Shown here piece after piece: positions 51,555 to 63,678 of a stretch of 64,000 bases of DNA; positions within the stretch are counted from its first letter, which is position 1, and every line of letters starts with the position of its first letter. The position numbers and the translations under genes were made by a program. The stretch spans positions 134,478,001-134,542,000 of the forward strand of contig NC_043001.1 of assembly GCF_006345805.1 (NCBI RefSeq). Direction: 5' to 3'. The DNA is from Octopus sinensis (Eukaryota). The notes beneath the pieces were generated by a model, which was not told the DNA's origin, made no database searches, and saw nothing but the letters and a program-made list of their open reading frames with translations.

Positions 51555-51776
51555 CACCCTATCTACAATTAACTGGGAAATTTTGAATTCGTGAGGACTT
51601 GTCTCACACAAGATCCATATAAATTTTAACCAAGCTGTAGTGCATTTTCTTTCAAGGTCAACAAATGAATGTCTGTTCTTATAAAAATGCTTTTCAAACA
51701 GGAGTTCTGTTGCCCCAATATATATTCTAAGTTCATCTTTGCTGTTTGTTTCTACCTTGGTTCCGTATACTATCAA
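51555..51776 (-). mobile_element. Penelope-like element GIY-YIG endonuclease remnant
   Basis: IVYGTKV...IYIGATELLFEKHFYKNRHSF...TTAWLKFIWIL matches the VYxATV...YIGxTE..FKxRY..HxxSF...LSKYIWxL pattern of PLE endonucleases. Confidence 0.7.
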
Positions 51777-52650
51777 CTTTACCAGACAGTTACCATCTAG
51801 TGGGCAGTTCTCACAAATTCACAAACACATAATTATTATATGTTTAATATGTATGTGGTGTGAGTCTGTGCATGTATGCAATCGTGTATATGTGCATACA
51901 TATATAAATTACATGTATGTTATTTTCAAAGAATGTATATATGTATTGTAATATTTTGTGACAACCAGTACTTAACACAACAAAGCTTTTACATTTTACT
52001 TTTGACAATCTTTTTCTAAAGAAAGTGAAACCGGTCAAGTGAATAAACATCTTTTAAAATTGCATTTTCAAACCTTCATTCATATATATTTCCACTCCTG
52101 CGGTACCTTACGACTTCACTTTGTTATGTGTTTGTGTGTGTATGTATGTGTGTGTGTGTATGTATGTATGTATATGTATGTGTATATGTGTGTGTATACG
52201 TATGTATATATGCATCTACACAGGTGCACACAAAAAGCACATATCCACTGACATTCATTGCTTTAGAAAGTAGTATTTTAAGACATCTCTTAAACAAAAC
52301 AATGCAATTGTTATGAAACTTGTTAGAGTAAATTCACTCATACGAAGTTTAAGTCTTTGGCATATTCCCATGAGAACCAGAAATGAAATCAGAAATGTGA
52401 GCTTGAACTAGCTATTATTCCATGTGTCACTAACCAGGTTTTCAACAACTGATTATACTTGCTGTCTGTGTTGCTTCCAATATAATAGTTGAATTCATGT
52501 AGACTTTCCCCACTAAAGGATTTTTTTTCACCATTCATCTCATAATTCAGCAGTCGCATGCTAATTTGTTTGTTATGGTTAAAGTTTTTACTGCTAAGTT
52601 TTCATACCAATAGCCATTTGTTATGGTCTATGCATGTTGTAAATACTCAC

Positions 52651-52689
52651 CTGTTTCAAAGCAAAGAAATATTCCCAATGGCCTGACAT
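52651..52689 (-). other. Candidate start exon (MSGHWEYFFALKQ) of an unidentified minus-strand transcript
   Basis: AAAAC-ATG, 13 codons, strong donor CAG|GTGAGT; no homology recognised. Confidence 0.2.
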
Positions 52690-53020
52690 GTTTTCACAAA
52701 AGATTACATACAAATGAAGGCCGCCTCATATATCTTGGCGGCATTCATTTACAAAATCTTTTCAAGACAAGAAGACACAAACACGTGAGCATGCATGCAC
52801 ACACACACACACACATACACAGATAATATATCATCATCATCCTCATTTAACATCCAGCTGGCATGGGCTAAGTGGATTGACAGGATCCAACATATCAGAA
52901 GCGTGTATCATGCTCCAATGTCTGCATTGACATGGTTTCAATGACTGGAAGCACTTCTAACACCAGCCACTTTACAACATATATATAATAAATATGTAAG
53001 TATGTCTGTGTGTATGTATG

Positions 53021-53052
<32 letters not shown>

Positions 53053-53355
53053 TACATACACATATATATATCATCATCATCGTCATCATGGTTTGGCATC
53101 TGTTTTCCATGCTGGCATGGGTTGGACAGTTTGACATGCAGCTGGCTAGCAGATAGCTGTCCAAATTCCAATTGTCTGCTGTGGCATATGCCACGCGGAT
53201 TACTCGTTTTTGCCATCTGAGTGGATTGGAGCAACATGAGATGAAGTGTTTTGCTCAATAACACAATGCATCAGCCACTCCTAGAATCAAAGTCACAATC
53301 TTGTGTAAAAAACTTAACCACTACATCACATACCAACACGTGCATGCACACACAT

Positions 53356-53390
<35 letters not shown>

Positions 53391-53439
53391 TATATCAAAG
53401 ACAGACATTTTTTTTTGTTAATCTCCACTAAGTCCACTA

Positions 53440-53568
53440 TAGGCATAGGAGTGGCTGTGTGGTAAGTAGCTTGCTTACGAACCACATGGTTCGGGGTTCA
53501 GTCCTACTGCGTGGCGCCTTGGGCAAGTGTCTTCTACTATAACCTCAGGCCAACTAAAGCCATGTGAG
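53440..53568 (+). mobile_element. SINE family A, head only
   Basis: tRNA-like head plus CCTTGGGCAAGT motif, 3'-truncated. Confidence 0.8.
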
Positions 53569-54039
53569 ACCAAACTGATAGTTTGGTAACTGGCTAAAAT
53601 AAACATTAAAAACCAAAAGGAGAAAATAAACAGCTTTGCGAGTTTAACTCAGTGTTTATTGAACAAGAGAGGTGCAAAATTTAAGAAGCAACTTGTCAGA
53701 ATATACATGTCTGTGAGGAGACATAAACAAGAATAGCAAAAATCTATTATACCAAAAGAACTGGTAATACATACATTACAAGTGTTCTATGAAGAGAACA
53801 TAAGATTGCTGCAATATGAATGTGTAACAACATTAAACATCATATAAGGTAAATAAAGCTTTCTGTAAGAATGCTGAGTCATATTCACTTAGTGAGTTTA
53901 CATGCACAAGGATGAATTATGATGTTGTCGACATTAGGTGCAGTAAGAGCTGGTAGCAGCGATGTTGGCAGTGATGAATTTCATTGTCTTAACATGGAGA
54001 AAGCAAGCAAAATATATACTCATTCTCATTTATTCTCAT

Positions 54040-54763
54040 TTACTTGTTTCAGTCATTTGACTGTGGCCATGCTGGAGCACTGCCTTTAGTCGAGGAAATC
54101 GACCCCAGGACTTATTCTTTGTAAGCCTAGTACTTATTCTGTCAGCTCTTTTGCCGAACCGCTAAGTTACGGGGACGTAAACACACCAGCATCAGTTGTC
54201 AAGCGATGTTGGGGGAGACAAACACAACACACACATATACATATATATATATATATTATATATATATATATATATTCGAAATCGAAATCAAATTGAACCA
54301 GCCAGGATCCCTGGTCTGGTGGTACGTAAAAAGCACTATCCGACTCGTGGCCGATGCCAGCACCGCCTCGACTGGCTTCCGTGCCGGTGGCACATAAAAT
54401 ACACCAATCCGACCGTGGCCGTTGCCAGCCTCGCCTGGCACCTGTGCAGGTGGCACGTAAAAAGCACCCACTACACTCACGGAGTGGTTGGCGTTAGGAA
54501 GGGCATCCAGCTGTAGAAACATTGCCAGATAAGACTGGAGCCTGGTGCAGCCTTCTGGCTTCCCAGATCCCCGGTCGAACCGTCCAACCCATGCTAGCAT
54601 GGAGAACGGACGTTAAACGATGATGATGATGATATATATACATATATACGACGGGCTTCTTTCAGTTTCCGTCTACCAAATCCACTCACAAGGCTCTAGT
54701 CGGCCTGAAGCTATAGAAGACACCTGCCCAAGGTGCCACGCAGTGGGACTGAACCCGGAACCA
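54040..54763 (-). mobile_element. SINE family A interrupted by an RTE 3' fragment
   Basis: Tail half 54040-54275, head half 54633-54763. Confidence 0.85.
54275..54632 (+). mobile_element. RTE 3'UTR fragment nested in the TA tract of a SINE-A copy
   Basis: Same family; splits the minus-strand SINE-A 54040-54763. Confidence 0.85.
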
Positions 54764-54893
54764 TCTATTATTATTGTTAATATTGTACTTTTCGTCCTGT
54801 GTTTGTCCTTACATGTTTTCGATTTATGTTAGCCCTTGTGGCCAATAAAACCAGAATTAATTATTATTATTGTTGAACAAGAATATTATTGAC

Positions 54894-54935
54894 AATGACT
54901 TCAAAGTTTTGGCCAGCTAAGCCATCATCAGACTT
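54894..54935 (-). ncRNA. Decayed hammerhead motif
   Basis: AAGT-CTGATGA-T-GGC TTAGCTG GCC-AAAAC-TTTGAA-GTC|ATT; GAAA>AAAA and ACTTCGAAGT>ACTTTGAAGT are both CpG-type transitions. Confidence 0.4.
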
Positions 54936-55759
54936 CAAAACTATAGAGTAACCCATCAGATTAATGTAAAATTGTTTTTATTATAAACATAAAAACAAAC
55001 ATTAGTGTGTGTGTGTATGCGTTACAGGTTTCTTTCAATTTCTATCTACCAAAAGTTACAAGCATAGATTGAAAGATATACATATTCAGCTATAAGAAGT
55101 CTCATATCTTCAAGATAAATTCAAACTAGAATCAACTACACTGTTACTATAGCTTCAATCATCATCATCATCATTACTATCATCTAATTTACTGTCTATT
55201 TTTCATAGCTTACATCAGTTAGTAGCTCCAACTGTTTTATACCATCTCCATAGAAAGTTGGTGATGTGTGTGTGTGTGTGTGTGTGATAATCACAGTGAG
55301 AATTTGAACACTAGATGTGCTTCCTAATCATCAGTCTCCATTATGTGAATGCTAAAATGGATTTAGTGGATAAGCTATCATAAATACATTAGTGACATTC
55401 AATGAAAATTCTTGTTGACATCATTTAAACTCAAAATCTCACAGTTCCACTTTTTTGCTGCTAGTTGTTAGCTATACACTTTTTACACAATATAACTTTC
55501 AAAGTCTAGGAAAATTCTGCAGTTTCTTTCTATTAGTAAAATATAAGAAATTATATATTTTGATACTCACCGTCATAACTATTTTAGGAAACAGTGAAAT
55601 TCGAGATTGGTAAATGTTGATAGTTTGAAAGTATTTTGGCAAAATGTAAAATAAATATGACAAATATGTTACTAAAAAGACATTTTAGTTATATACATTT
55701 CTTAATGTATATAACCATATTAACCATTATACAGACCATAAATATTATATATTCCTTAA

Positions 55760-55975
55760 CCCTTTAGTGTTTAAACCGGCCACATCCGGCCCAATATATT
55801 ATACATGTTTTATATTCAAACTGGCGATATCCAGCCTCTCACACCTAACCTACAGTGACATTCTAAAAATAAACATTCACATCATTGAAACCTCAAAGCT
55901 ATAAGATAATGCATGATTAATTCAATACAATTTGAGTGAAAAAGTATTACATTTAACAGAATAATCTTAACACTA
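55760..55975. mobile_element. piggyBac-like MITE (same family)
   Basis: TTAA|CCCTTTAGTGTTTAAAC start; further fragments near 25790-26000 and 48040-48132. Confidence 0.65.
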
Positions 55976-56226
55976 GCACCTTCACAGCAAGTTAATTGTA
56001 ATATATAAGATAATTGGCAGTTATTTTTTGTACATCTGTTATAATAAATACTGTTACCCATGATACTCATTGATTTCTTCCGCATTTCTTTGTTGCCATC
56101 GATGTTCAGCAGAACTGCTTTGACATTATAATTCTTTGTTTATAAGGGATGTAAACAAAGGCCACTGCTGCTCAAGCATTGTCAGTGTGAAGATTCACAC
56201 ACGTACACACACAAACTCTTTGTCAT

Positions 56227-56263
<37 letters not shown>

Positions 56264-56294
56264 TAAGATTGTGTGTGTAGGTAGACTTCTATAT

Positions 56295-56520
56295 ATATTT
56301 CTTTACTACCCACAAGGGGCTAAACACAGAGGGGACAAACAAGGACAGACAAACGGATTAAGTCAATTACATCAACCCCAGTATGTAACTGGTACTTAAT
56401 TTATCGACCCCCGAAAGGATGAAAGGCGAAGTTGACCTTGGCGGAATTTGAACTCAGAACGCAGCGGCGGACGAAATACCACAAAGCATTTCGCCCAGCA
56501 TGCTAACATTTCTGCCATCT
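56295..56520 (-). mobile_element. SINE family D
   Basis: Reverse copy; older partial copies near 7480-7560, 12170-12280, 27690-27790 and 36570-36650. Confidence 0.85.
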
Positions 56521-57309
56521 CTATATAGCTTGCATCTACTAAATTTTCACTCTCAATGCCTTTGTCAATCTGAGGCTTTAGAAGATGACACTGGTCCAAG
56601 GTACCATGCTGTAGGATAGAACCTGAAACCATATAGTTGCAAAGCAAGCTTTGTAACCACACAAGATATTCCACAAACTCGCCATTTGATTTATCGTTGC
56701 CAGTACAAACCCTCCCCAGTTTCCCCTGATTCCATATTGCACCATTCCATATCTCCCCTCCTCATCTTCTCTTCCATCCCTTCTAGCATGTCTCACCAGA
56801 ACTTTCATTGATCTAATAGGAAGAAATATTAAGTAGAGATTCAGGTTTCATTTATCATAAAACAAGATTTATTCAACAAAAGGAAAATCAATGTATCTCT
56901 AGTTTCTCCTAAGTTAGTCAGAATCAGTGTCACGCTAAACATCAGAAGAATATATTATCATATCTGAATAAACCTAAGTCTTCATTTAAACTCCAGCTTC
57001 TTCAATATCACAATAGACTGCACGTCTGTCTATAATTTTTCAGCTTCTGTCATGTATAATTTCACTCTTTCATTCTTTTATGCACTGACAAAGAATTCAG
57101 TGTCTTCTACATCTAGAATCACCTGACATACTACTTTTCAAGGATTCATCCTGATTTTAAGACAATAGTACTGATGTCTCTTTGGGAGAATTATTTGTGC
57201 CAATGTTTTAATTTTATTTTAATTTCAAAAGTAAGTTATGTTTTCAAAAAAATATTTTGCAGTTCTTATGTTTTAAAAAGTTTTGCTGTCTACAATATTT
57301 TAGCTTTTA

Positions 57310-58388
57310 GAACGTACAATTTAAAATTGGTTTATTCAGTTTTCATTTCAAAAGGGAACTCTGCAGCCAAAGTGACACAAAACATACACTCAGTTTATGG
57401 GAAAGAATGTTTGAATGAAAGAACTTGCAGAAGATGGTTTGCAAAATTCAGAAGTGGAGATTTCAACCTTGAAGATTAAGATCGAACAGGACGTCCAGTT
57501 GAGTTTGATGATAAGCTCCTTGAGGCATTACTTGAAGAAAATCCTGCATTATCAGTTGAAGAATTGGCAATAAAGCTTACAATAAACCATACAACAGTTT
57601 GTCATCTTCAACAACTTGGAAAAGTTCCTAAACTTGGAAAATGGGTGCCTCATGAATTGTTTGAAAGCAACCACGAATCCCAAGTTGACATCTGCTCTTC
57701 TCTCTGTTCTCGTGAACTCATTTCATCCTTTTTGGATAGGCTTATGACTGGTGATGAAAAATGATTCTTCTATCAAAATGTTAAACGTCGTAAACAGTGG
57801 CTTGGTAAAAGGGAAAAAGCTCAGCCACAACTGAGAAGGGAACTTCATGGGAAAAAGGTTCTTCTCTCTATCTGGTGGAATTGCAAAGGAGTAATTCACT
57901 TTAAATTGTTGCCACCTAATGCAACAATCAATGCTCAAGTCTACTGTCAGCAATTAGAGCGTTTGAACCAAGTTTTGAAGGAAAAAAATACCTGCTTTAG
58001 TGAATTGAAAGGTAGCGATGTTTCATCAGGACAATGCAAAGATCACATCACAGAAAATTGAAGAGCTTGGTTGGGGAAAAATTCCTCATCCACCTTATTC
58101 TCCCAACTTTGCTTCTTCAGACTACCATTTGTTTCGTAGTTTACAGAATCATTTGGGGGACATAACTTTTGCAAGCCAGGAGGGGGTTGAAACTGACGTT
58201 TCAGAGTTCTTCGCTTTGAAATCAAAAGAGTTTTACATGGATGGGATTATAAAGCTTGTAAATAGATGGAAGGAAGTCATAGATAATCAGGGAAAGTACA
58301 TTGATGATTAAATTTCAATTAAATATAACATTTGATCACTTACTTTCTTTATTCAAAATTTGGACAGAACTTATGGGATGACCTGATA
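57310..58388 (+). mobile_element. Mariner (Tc1/mariner) transposon, inactive, left TIR not found
   Basis: Transposase motifs RRWFAKFRSGDFNLED, KLGKWVPHEL, MTGDEK, LHGKKVLLSIWW, FHQDNA, HPPYSP..SDYHLFRSL; several stops and frameshifts; right TIR (rc TCAGGTCATCCCATAAGTTCTGTCC) followed by TA at 58387-58388. Confidence 0.92.
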
Positions 58389-58499
58389 GCTCATTTTCTT
58401 TCTTGTAAAATTTTACATGAGAACACATATTTGTTTTTATGTATCTTCTATTCCTTTCATCCTATAGATGTACAGACACACAGACGGTGAGCTTTATTA

Positions 58500-58646
58500 T
58501 ATAATATATATATATATATATATCTATAAATATATATATATGCATACATACATATATATGTGTGTGTGTATATATATATATATATACATACATATATATA
58601 CATATGTATACATACATACATACATATATATGTATACATACATATA

Positions 58647-58687
<41 letters not shown>

Positions 58688-58756
58688 CATATATATATAT
58701 ATACATACATACATATATATACATACATACATACATATATATATATACACATACAT
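58500..58756. repeat. Long (TA)n/(TACA)n microsatellite
   Basis: Direct reading; source of several spurious Y/I/C/V-rich ORFs. Confidence 0.95.
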
Positions 58757-58818
58757 TGACACACTATCTGTGCCCTATCAGTATTTGCAAAGGGAAGTCA
58801 TCATTCCCATCTCCAGCC

Positions 58819-58869
58819 TGACACACGGACCCAAGTTTCTGGGTATTGACCCGTCATCAGCGTGTGACA
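58819..58869 (-). ncRNA. Type I hammerhead ribozyme, near-intact
   Basis: Minus strand TGTCACACG-CTGATGA-CGGGT CAAT ACCCA-GAAA-C TTGG G-TC|CGTGTGTCA: complete catalytic core, 6+2-bp stem I, 4-bp stem II with one C-A mismatch at its base, GUC cleavage triplet. Confidence 0.7.
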
Positions 58870-58999
58870 ACCACCAGTTGGGAAGTCATTCTCAATGCAA
58901 ATATATATACTTTTTCCAGTGACGAAAAGTCACTGATCTTGAAAAAGTGGAAACAAGCGATAATAAATCTCTGAGCGAGATATAAACAGTACCATGTGT

Positions 59000-59060
<61 letters not shown>

Positions 59061-59096
59061 TGCATACATGTATATATGTATATATATATATAGTTC

Positions 59097-59650
59097 TATC
59101 ATCATCGTTTAATGTACGCTTTCCATGCTAGCATGGGCTGGACGATTTGACTGAGGTCTGGTGAACCAGATGGCTGCACCAGACTCCAATCTGATCTGGC
59201 AGAGTTTCTACAGCTGGATGCCCTTCCTAACACCAACCACTCCAAGAGTGTTGTGGGTGCTTTTACATGCCATGGGCACGAGGGCCAGTCAGGCAGTACT
59301 GGCAATGGTCACGCTCAGATGGTGCTTTTTATGTGCCACCTGCACAGGAGCCAGTCCAGCAGCACTGGCAATGACCTCATTTCGAATGTTTTTCATGTGC
59401 CGCCAGCACAGGTGCTAGTAAGGCGACACAGGTAACGATCATGCTTGAATGGTGTTTTTTAACATGCCATCGGCACGGAGGCCAGCTTGTTGCTCTGGCA
59501 ACGATCTAACTCGTATGGTACTCTTAGTGCCCCACTAGCACAGGTGCCAGTCATTGAATTTGATTTCAATTCCGATTCACTTGCCTCAACAAGTCTTCAC
59601 AAGCAGTGTTTAGTGTCCAATGAAGGAAAGGCACGCATAAGTGAACTGGT
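59097..59650 (-). mobile_element. RTE 3'UTR fragment (older, more repeat units)
   Basis: Same family with CpG decay and about five GTGCCACC-type units. Confidence 0.8.
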
Positions 59651-61083
59651 TACACCCCTGGCATAGTCTCATGTGGTTGGCTTTGGCTTCCTGGATTCTG
59701 TAACTTATATATTACCTGCCTGGATAGGATGCTGGTCTGTTGCAGGATTACTCATTTTTGCCAGCTGAGTGGACTGGAGCAACATAAAGTGAAGTGTTTT
59801 GCTCTATAACACATCACTTTGTCTTGAAACCACAATTTTACAACCCTGAGTGCAGCACACTGACCACTAAGCTATGTACCTCCACGCAAACACAACATAC
59901 ATACATGTACACGTGTATGTGTGTGTGTGCGTGCATCTGTGTTTGTGTGTGAGTGCATGTGTGTATGTCTGCGAGTGTTTTATAGAGTTTGTAAACAGAG
60001 ATGCCTCCCTGTCCTGGTTGTATATTAAAAAACATATTGTCATCCTAACTACATTACATATGTACATACTTTTTGTTTTAAGATTTTGCTGTTTGTATCT
60101 GAAGAGACTCATACAAATATCACTACTATTTCAACACCAAATATTTTCTCGTCTCTTGTTTTAGCTGATTAATTATATCAACCTAACTACTTATTCTTTT
60201 TTATCACATAAATAAATAAATAAATAAATAAATACATACACATAGTTGATTAAAGTTCTTGTTTGAAGCAAGCATAAAAAACCATCTGTTTGACTTCATC
60301 ACTCACAAACTGTCGCCTGATATAATTTACTAATCAACCATTTCTGCAATAATGAACCTACCAGCTACGGTAAATTGTTAGAGAACATCATGAACGGTCT
60401 CAAGCAATTCTTATTTAAAAATAGAGAGTGATGTATAGCTGAAAATATCTGCATCAGGTATATATGTGTGTGTGTGTGTGTGTGTGTATGTATCCTCTAA
60501 AGAAACTAGGCTATTGAATGACAGCAACGTTCAAATATGTAATGTTACCCCAACTACTTTCACTTGATAATTAACAAATCATAAGTATCACTGCATTGTA
60601 GAAATATTCTTCATTTTATTAGTACTTTCTCCTTCCTCAATTACCAAAACCAATTTAGGATAACAGTCTTCTATACGCAGGAAATAGGATTATTTTCCTT
60701 GTGATTCCTTAGGGCATATTTGGTCCATTTTCTGTAATTCTCATTTACTCCAGTTCAATATGTTTTCATCATAAAGTTAACAAGAAATAATAGGGATTAT
60801 ATAAAGTAACCCAAGTTATGCATTATTATTATTGTTATTTGTTGTTGTTGTTGTTTTTGTTTAGCCTCAGGTCACCTTGGTTTGCACATACTTACAATCA
60901 AAAGTCTTCCAACTGTTACTATCCACATTTATTGGATGGTAACAGCTGGAATATATATGGAATATATATGTTGTAGCAGTTAGTATTTGGTGGGCTACAG
61001 CCATTGTTTAGCTCCAGGTAAGTCTTGAACCAGCAGACCTATGATCAAAGGTATTCCAGTTGTGACTATCCCATCTTTTATAC

Positions 61084-61769
61084 CTGGTGTCACCAAACTT
61101 TTTTCACGGTGGGCCAGATAATTGTGAGAATGACGCGCACGGGCCACATAACCATTTTGTTCAATACAATGCAGTGAATACATCATCATCGTTTAACGTC
61201 CGTTTTCCATGCTAGCATGGGTTGGACGGTTCAACTGGGGTCTGGAAAGCCAGAAGGCTGCGCCAGGCCCAGTCTGATCTGGCAGTGTTTCTACAGCTGG
61301 ATGCCCTTCCTAACGCCAACTTGCCCTTCCGAACGCCAACATGCCCTTCCTAACGCCAATACACAAAAAATAAAGACAACCAAGATATTTATTTGCCAAA
61401 AAATTATCAAAGGCGATGTTAGCAATAAGATAGTTATATTACACCCAGTTCGTACATATCCGAATCTCACAAACTTAGCAGCAAAAAAGAGTTTAGTGAG
61501 ATTTGTGAAACTAGTTTTTAACTTTTAAGATATAATCAATATTTGCTTTGGAATTGCTGCATCCTACCAAGAGAATTGCTTTTAAATGTTCATCAGTCAA
61601 CCTCGTTCAATGTACTGACTTCACACACTTCACTTTTGAAAATGTTGCTCACAGACATAAGTTGTTTCAAACACTGATACTATACCAGAGGCAAATGCAG
61701 GTACTTACACAAAAGGTACAGGGTGGCAGCAGGTCAGATCTGGCCTGTGGGCTAGTTTGGTGACCCCTG
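61084..61769. mobile_element. hAT MITE with nested RTE fragment
   Basis: TIR CTGGTGTCACCAAACT / AGTTTGGTGACCCCTG, 8-bp TSD TTTTATAC. Confidence 0.85.
61181..61335 (-). mobile_element. RTE 3'UTR fragment nested in an hAT MITE
   Basis: Same family 3' end, inside 61084-61769. Confidence 0.85.
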
Positions 61770-62679
61770 TTTTATACAGACACCTGTCTGTCTCTTGATC
61801 TATATTATCTAGTGTGTTCTAATGTGTATCAACTTGTTGTTTATTGTCATTGTTAAAGCTTTGGGTCAACCCTGATCATGCTGAGTTGTGATCAGAAGTA
61901 TTCCAAACATGACCATCCATTTTTTTTTTTTATAATATCATGCATTGGAAAAATTATCCAGTTTCCTTCTCTTTCTAAAGTAGTAATGTATAATTTGAGA
62001 GAGATTTGGCTGCTATTTTTAGTAGATTAAGCAACTACATGGAGGTTCCTTTTGTTATTGCTACTTTGTTGTAACCATCAAAGTGTAGCAAAGATTAGGA
62101 TCTTATTGTTTATGTCAGATTTAAACCCTGAATATTTCTTTCTGCTATTAAGAAGTTTTAAATACTTATAAGGCCTATTTGTCTTCTTAGACATACACAT
62201 TAGCCATTATAGGCACATCTTGAGATATACTTAACACTTGCCTCTATGTACATCATTATTTTGTATGTATATACTTTCAGCTACTTTATAGTTCTACTTT
62301 GTCATAGTAGAACAAATAACCATTTGTTGGGAGTCAGTATACTTATAATCATTGGTCCTCCCAAGCACTGAGCATGAACCAGTGAGATGTTACATTGGCC
62401 CTCTCATCCAGACTTGCAACTGTAAGAGAAATGCAGAACACATTGCTAATCACATGTGCTGGTTTTGTCATGTGATGCAGATAGATGAGGTAACTTGCAT
62501 AAACAAGTGCTGATCACTTAAAGTGGAGGGAAGTTGTGATAGACAGAGACTCAGGAAGATGTGGAATGTAGTATTGAAAACCAATCTCAAAACACTGAGC
62601 CTTACAAAGGAGATGACAGATGACCAAGATATGTGATGCATTGCTGTACTCAAGAAGACACCCCCAACAGGTCTCATAT

Positions 62680-62910
62680 AAAATGCATTGGAGTGGGTGC
62701 TGTTGCCATGTCAAAAAGCACCCAGTACACTCTGTAAAGTGGTTGGTGTTAGGAAGGGCATCCAGCTGCAGAAACCAAGTCAAAACAGACTATGAAACCT
62801 GGTGCAGCCCCTGGCCTTACCAGTTCCTGTCAAACCATCAAACTCATGCTAGTATGGAAAAAAGGATGTTAAATGTTGTTGATGATGATGATAATGATGA
62901 TGATGATGAT
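62680..62910 (+). mobile_element. Older related RTE/SINE 3' tail with (GAT)n
   Basis: AAAAAGCACCCAGTACACTCTGTAAAGTGGTTGGTGTTAGGAAGGGCATCCAGC...GATGATGAT; similar decayed pieces at ~1180-1370, ~15030-15170 and ~30730-30920. Confidence 0.65.
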
Positions 62911-62925
62911 ATATATATATATTCT

Positions 62926-63286
62926 CTCTTTTACTCTTTTACTTGTTTCAGTCATTTGACTGCGGCCATGCTGGAGCACCGCCTTTAATTGAGCAACTCG
63001 ACCCCGGGACTTATTCTTTTGTAAGCCCAGTATTTATTCTATCGGTCTCTTTTGCCAAACCGCTAAGTAACGGGGACATAAACACACCAGCATCAGTTGT
63101 CAAGCAATGCTAGGGGGGGACACACAAATACACACACGCATATATATATATATATATACATATATATGACGGGCTTCTTTCAGTTTCCGTCTACCAAATC
63201 CACTCACAAGGCTTTGGTTGGCCCGAGGCTATAGTAGAAGACACTTGCCCAAGGTGCCACGCAGTGGGACTGAACCCAGAACCATG
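62926..63286 (-). mobile_element. SINE family A, 5'-truncated
   Basis: Reverse copy ending at GAACCATG. Confidence 0.88.
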
Positions 63287-63678
63287 TATATATATATATA
63301 TATTTGAGATATAAATGCAAAATGGTAGTGTATACAGAGATAAGGGCTAAGTACATGCCAATATGTGTCTATAATGGCTAGTATTTTAAGTACATATAAA
63401 AGATATAGATATAAGATAGTGGAGTAAGTATGGCTGGAGGGTAAATACACCAAGTCTATTAGTTTAGCTTAGTTCCTCCTGCTCCCCATGGAGCACTGGG
63501 TGATTTCATTTGTGTGGCATTTTGAGTGCTGAAGCCAAGGTGTACAATCCTGCGCTCCATCCCTCTTCCTTTTCCAACATGAGCCTGGCATCAGGTATGC
63601 AGGATACCAATCTGGAATTTTAAAGTCAAGGAGGAATGTGTTTATAATGGACCCTGTGATGGCCAACAACAACAACAG

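Noticed and set aside
58457-58922. Five overlapping Y/I/C/V/H-rich ORFs
   Set aside because: Translations of (TA)n/(TACA)n microsatellite.
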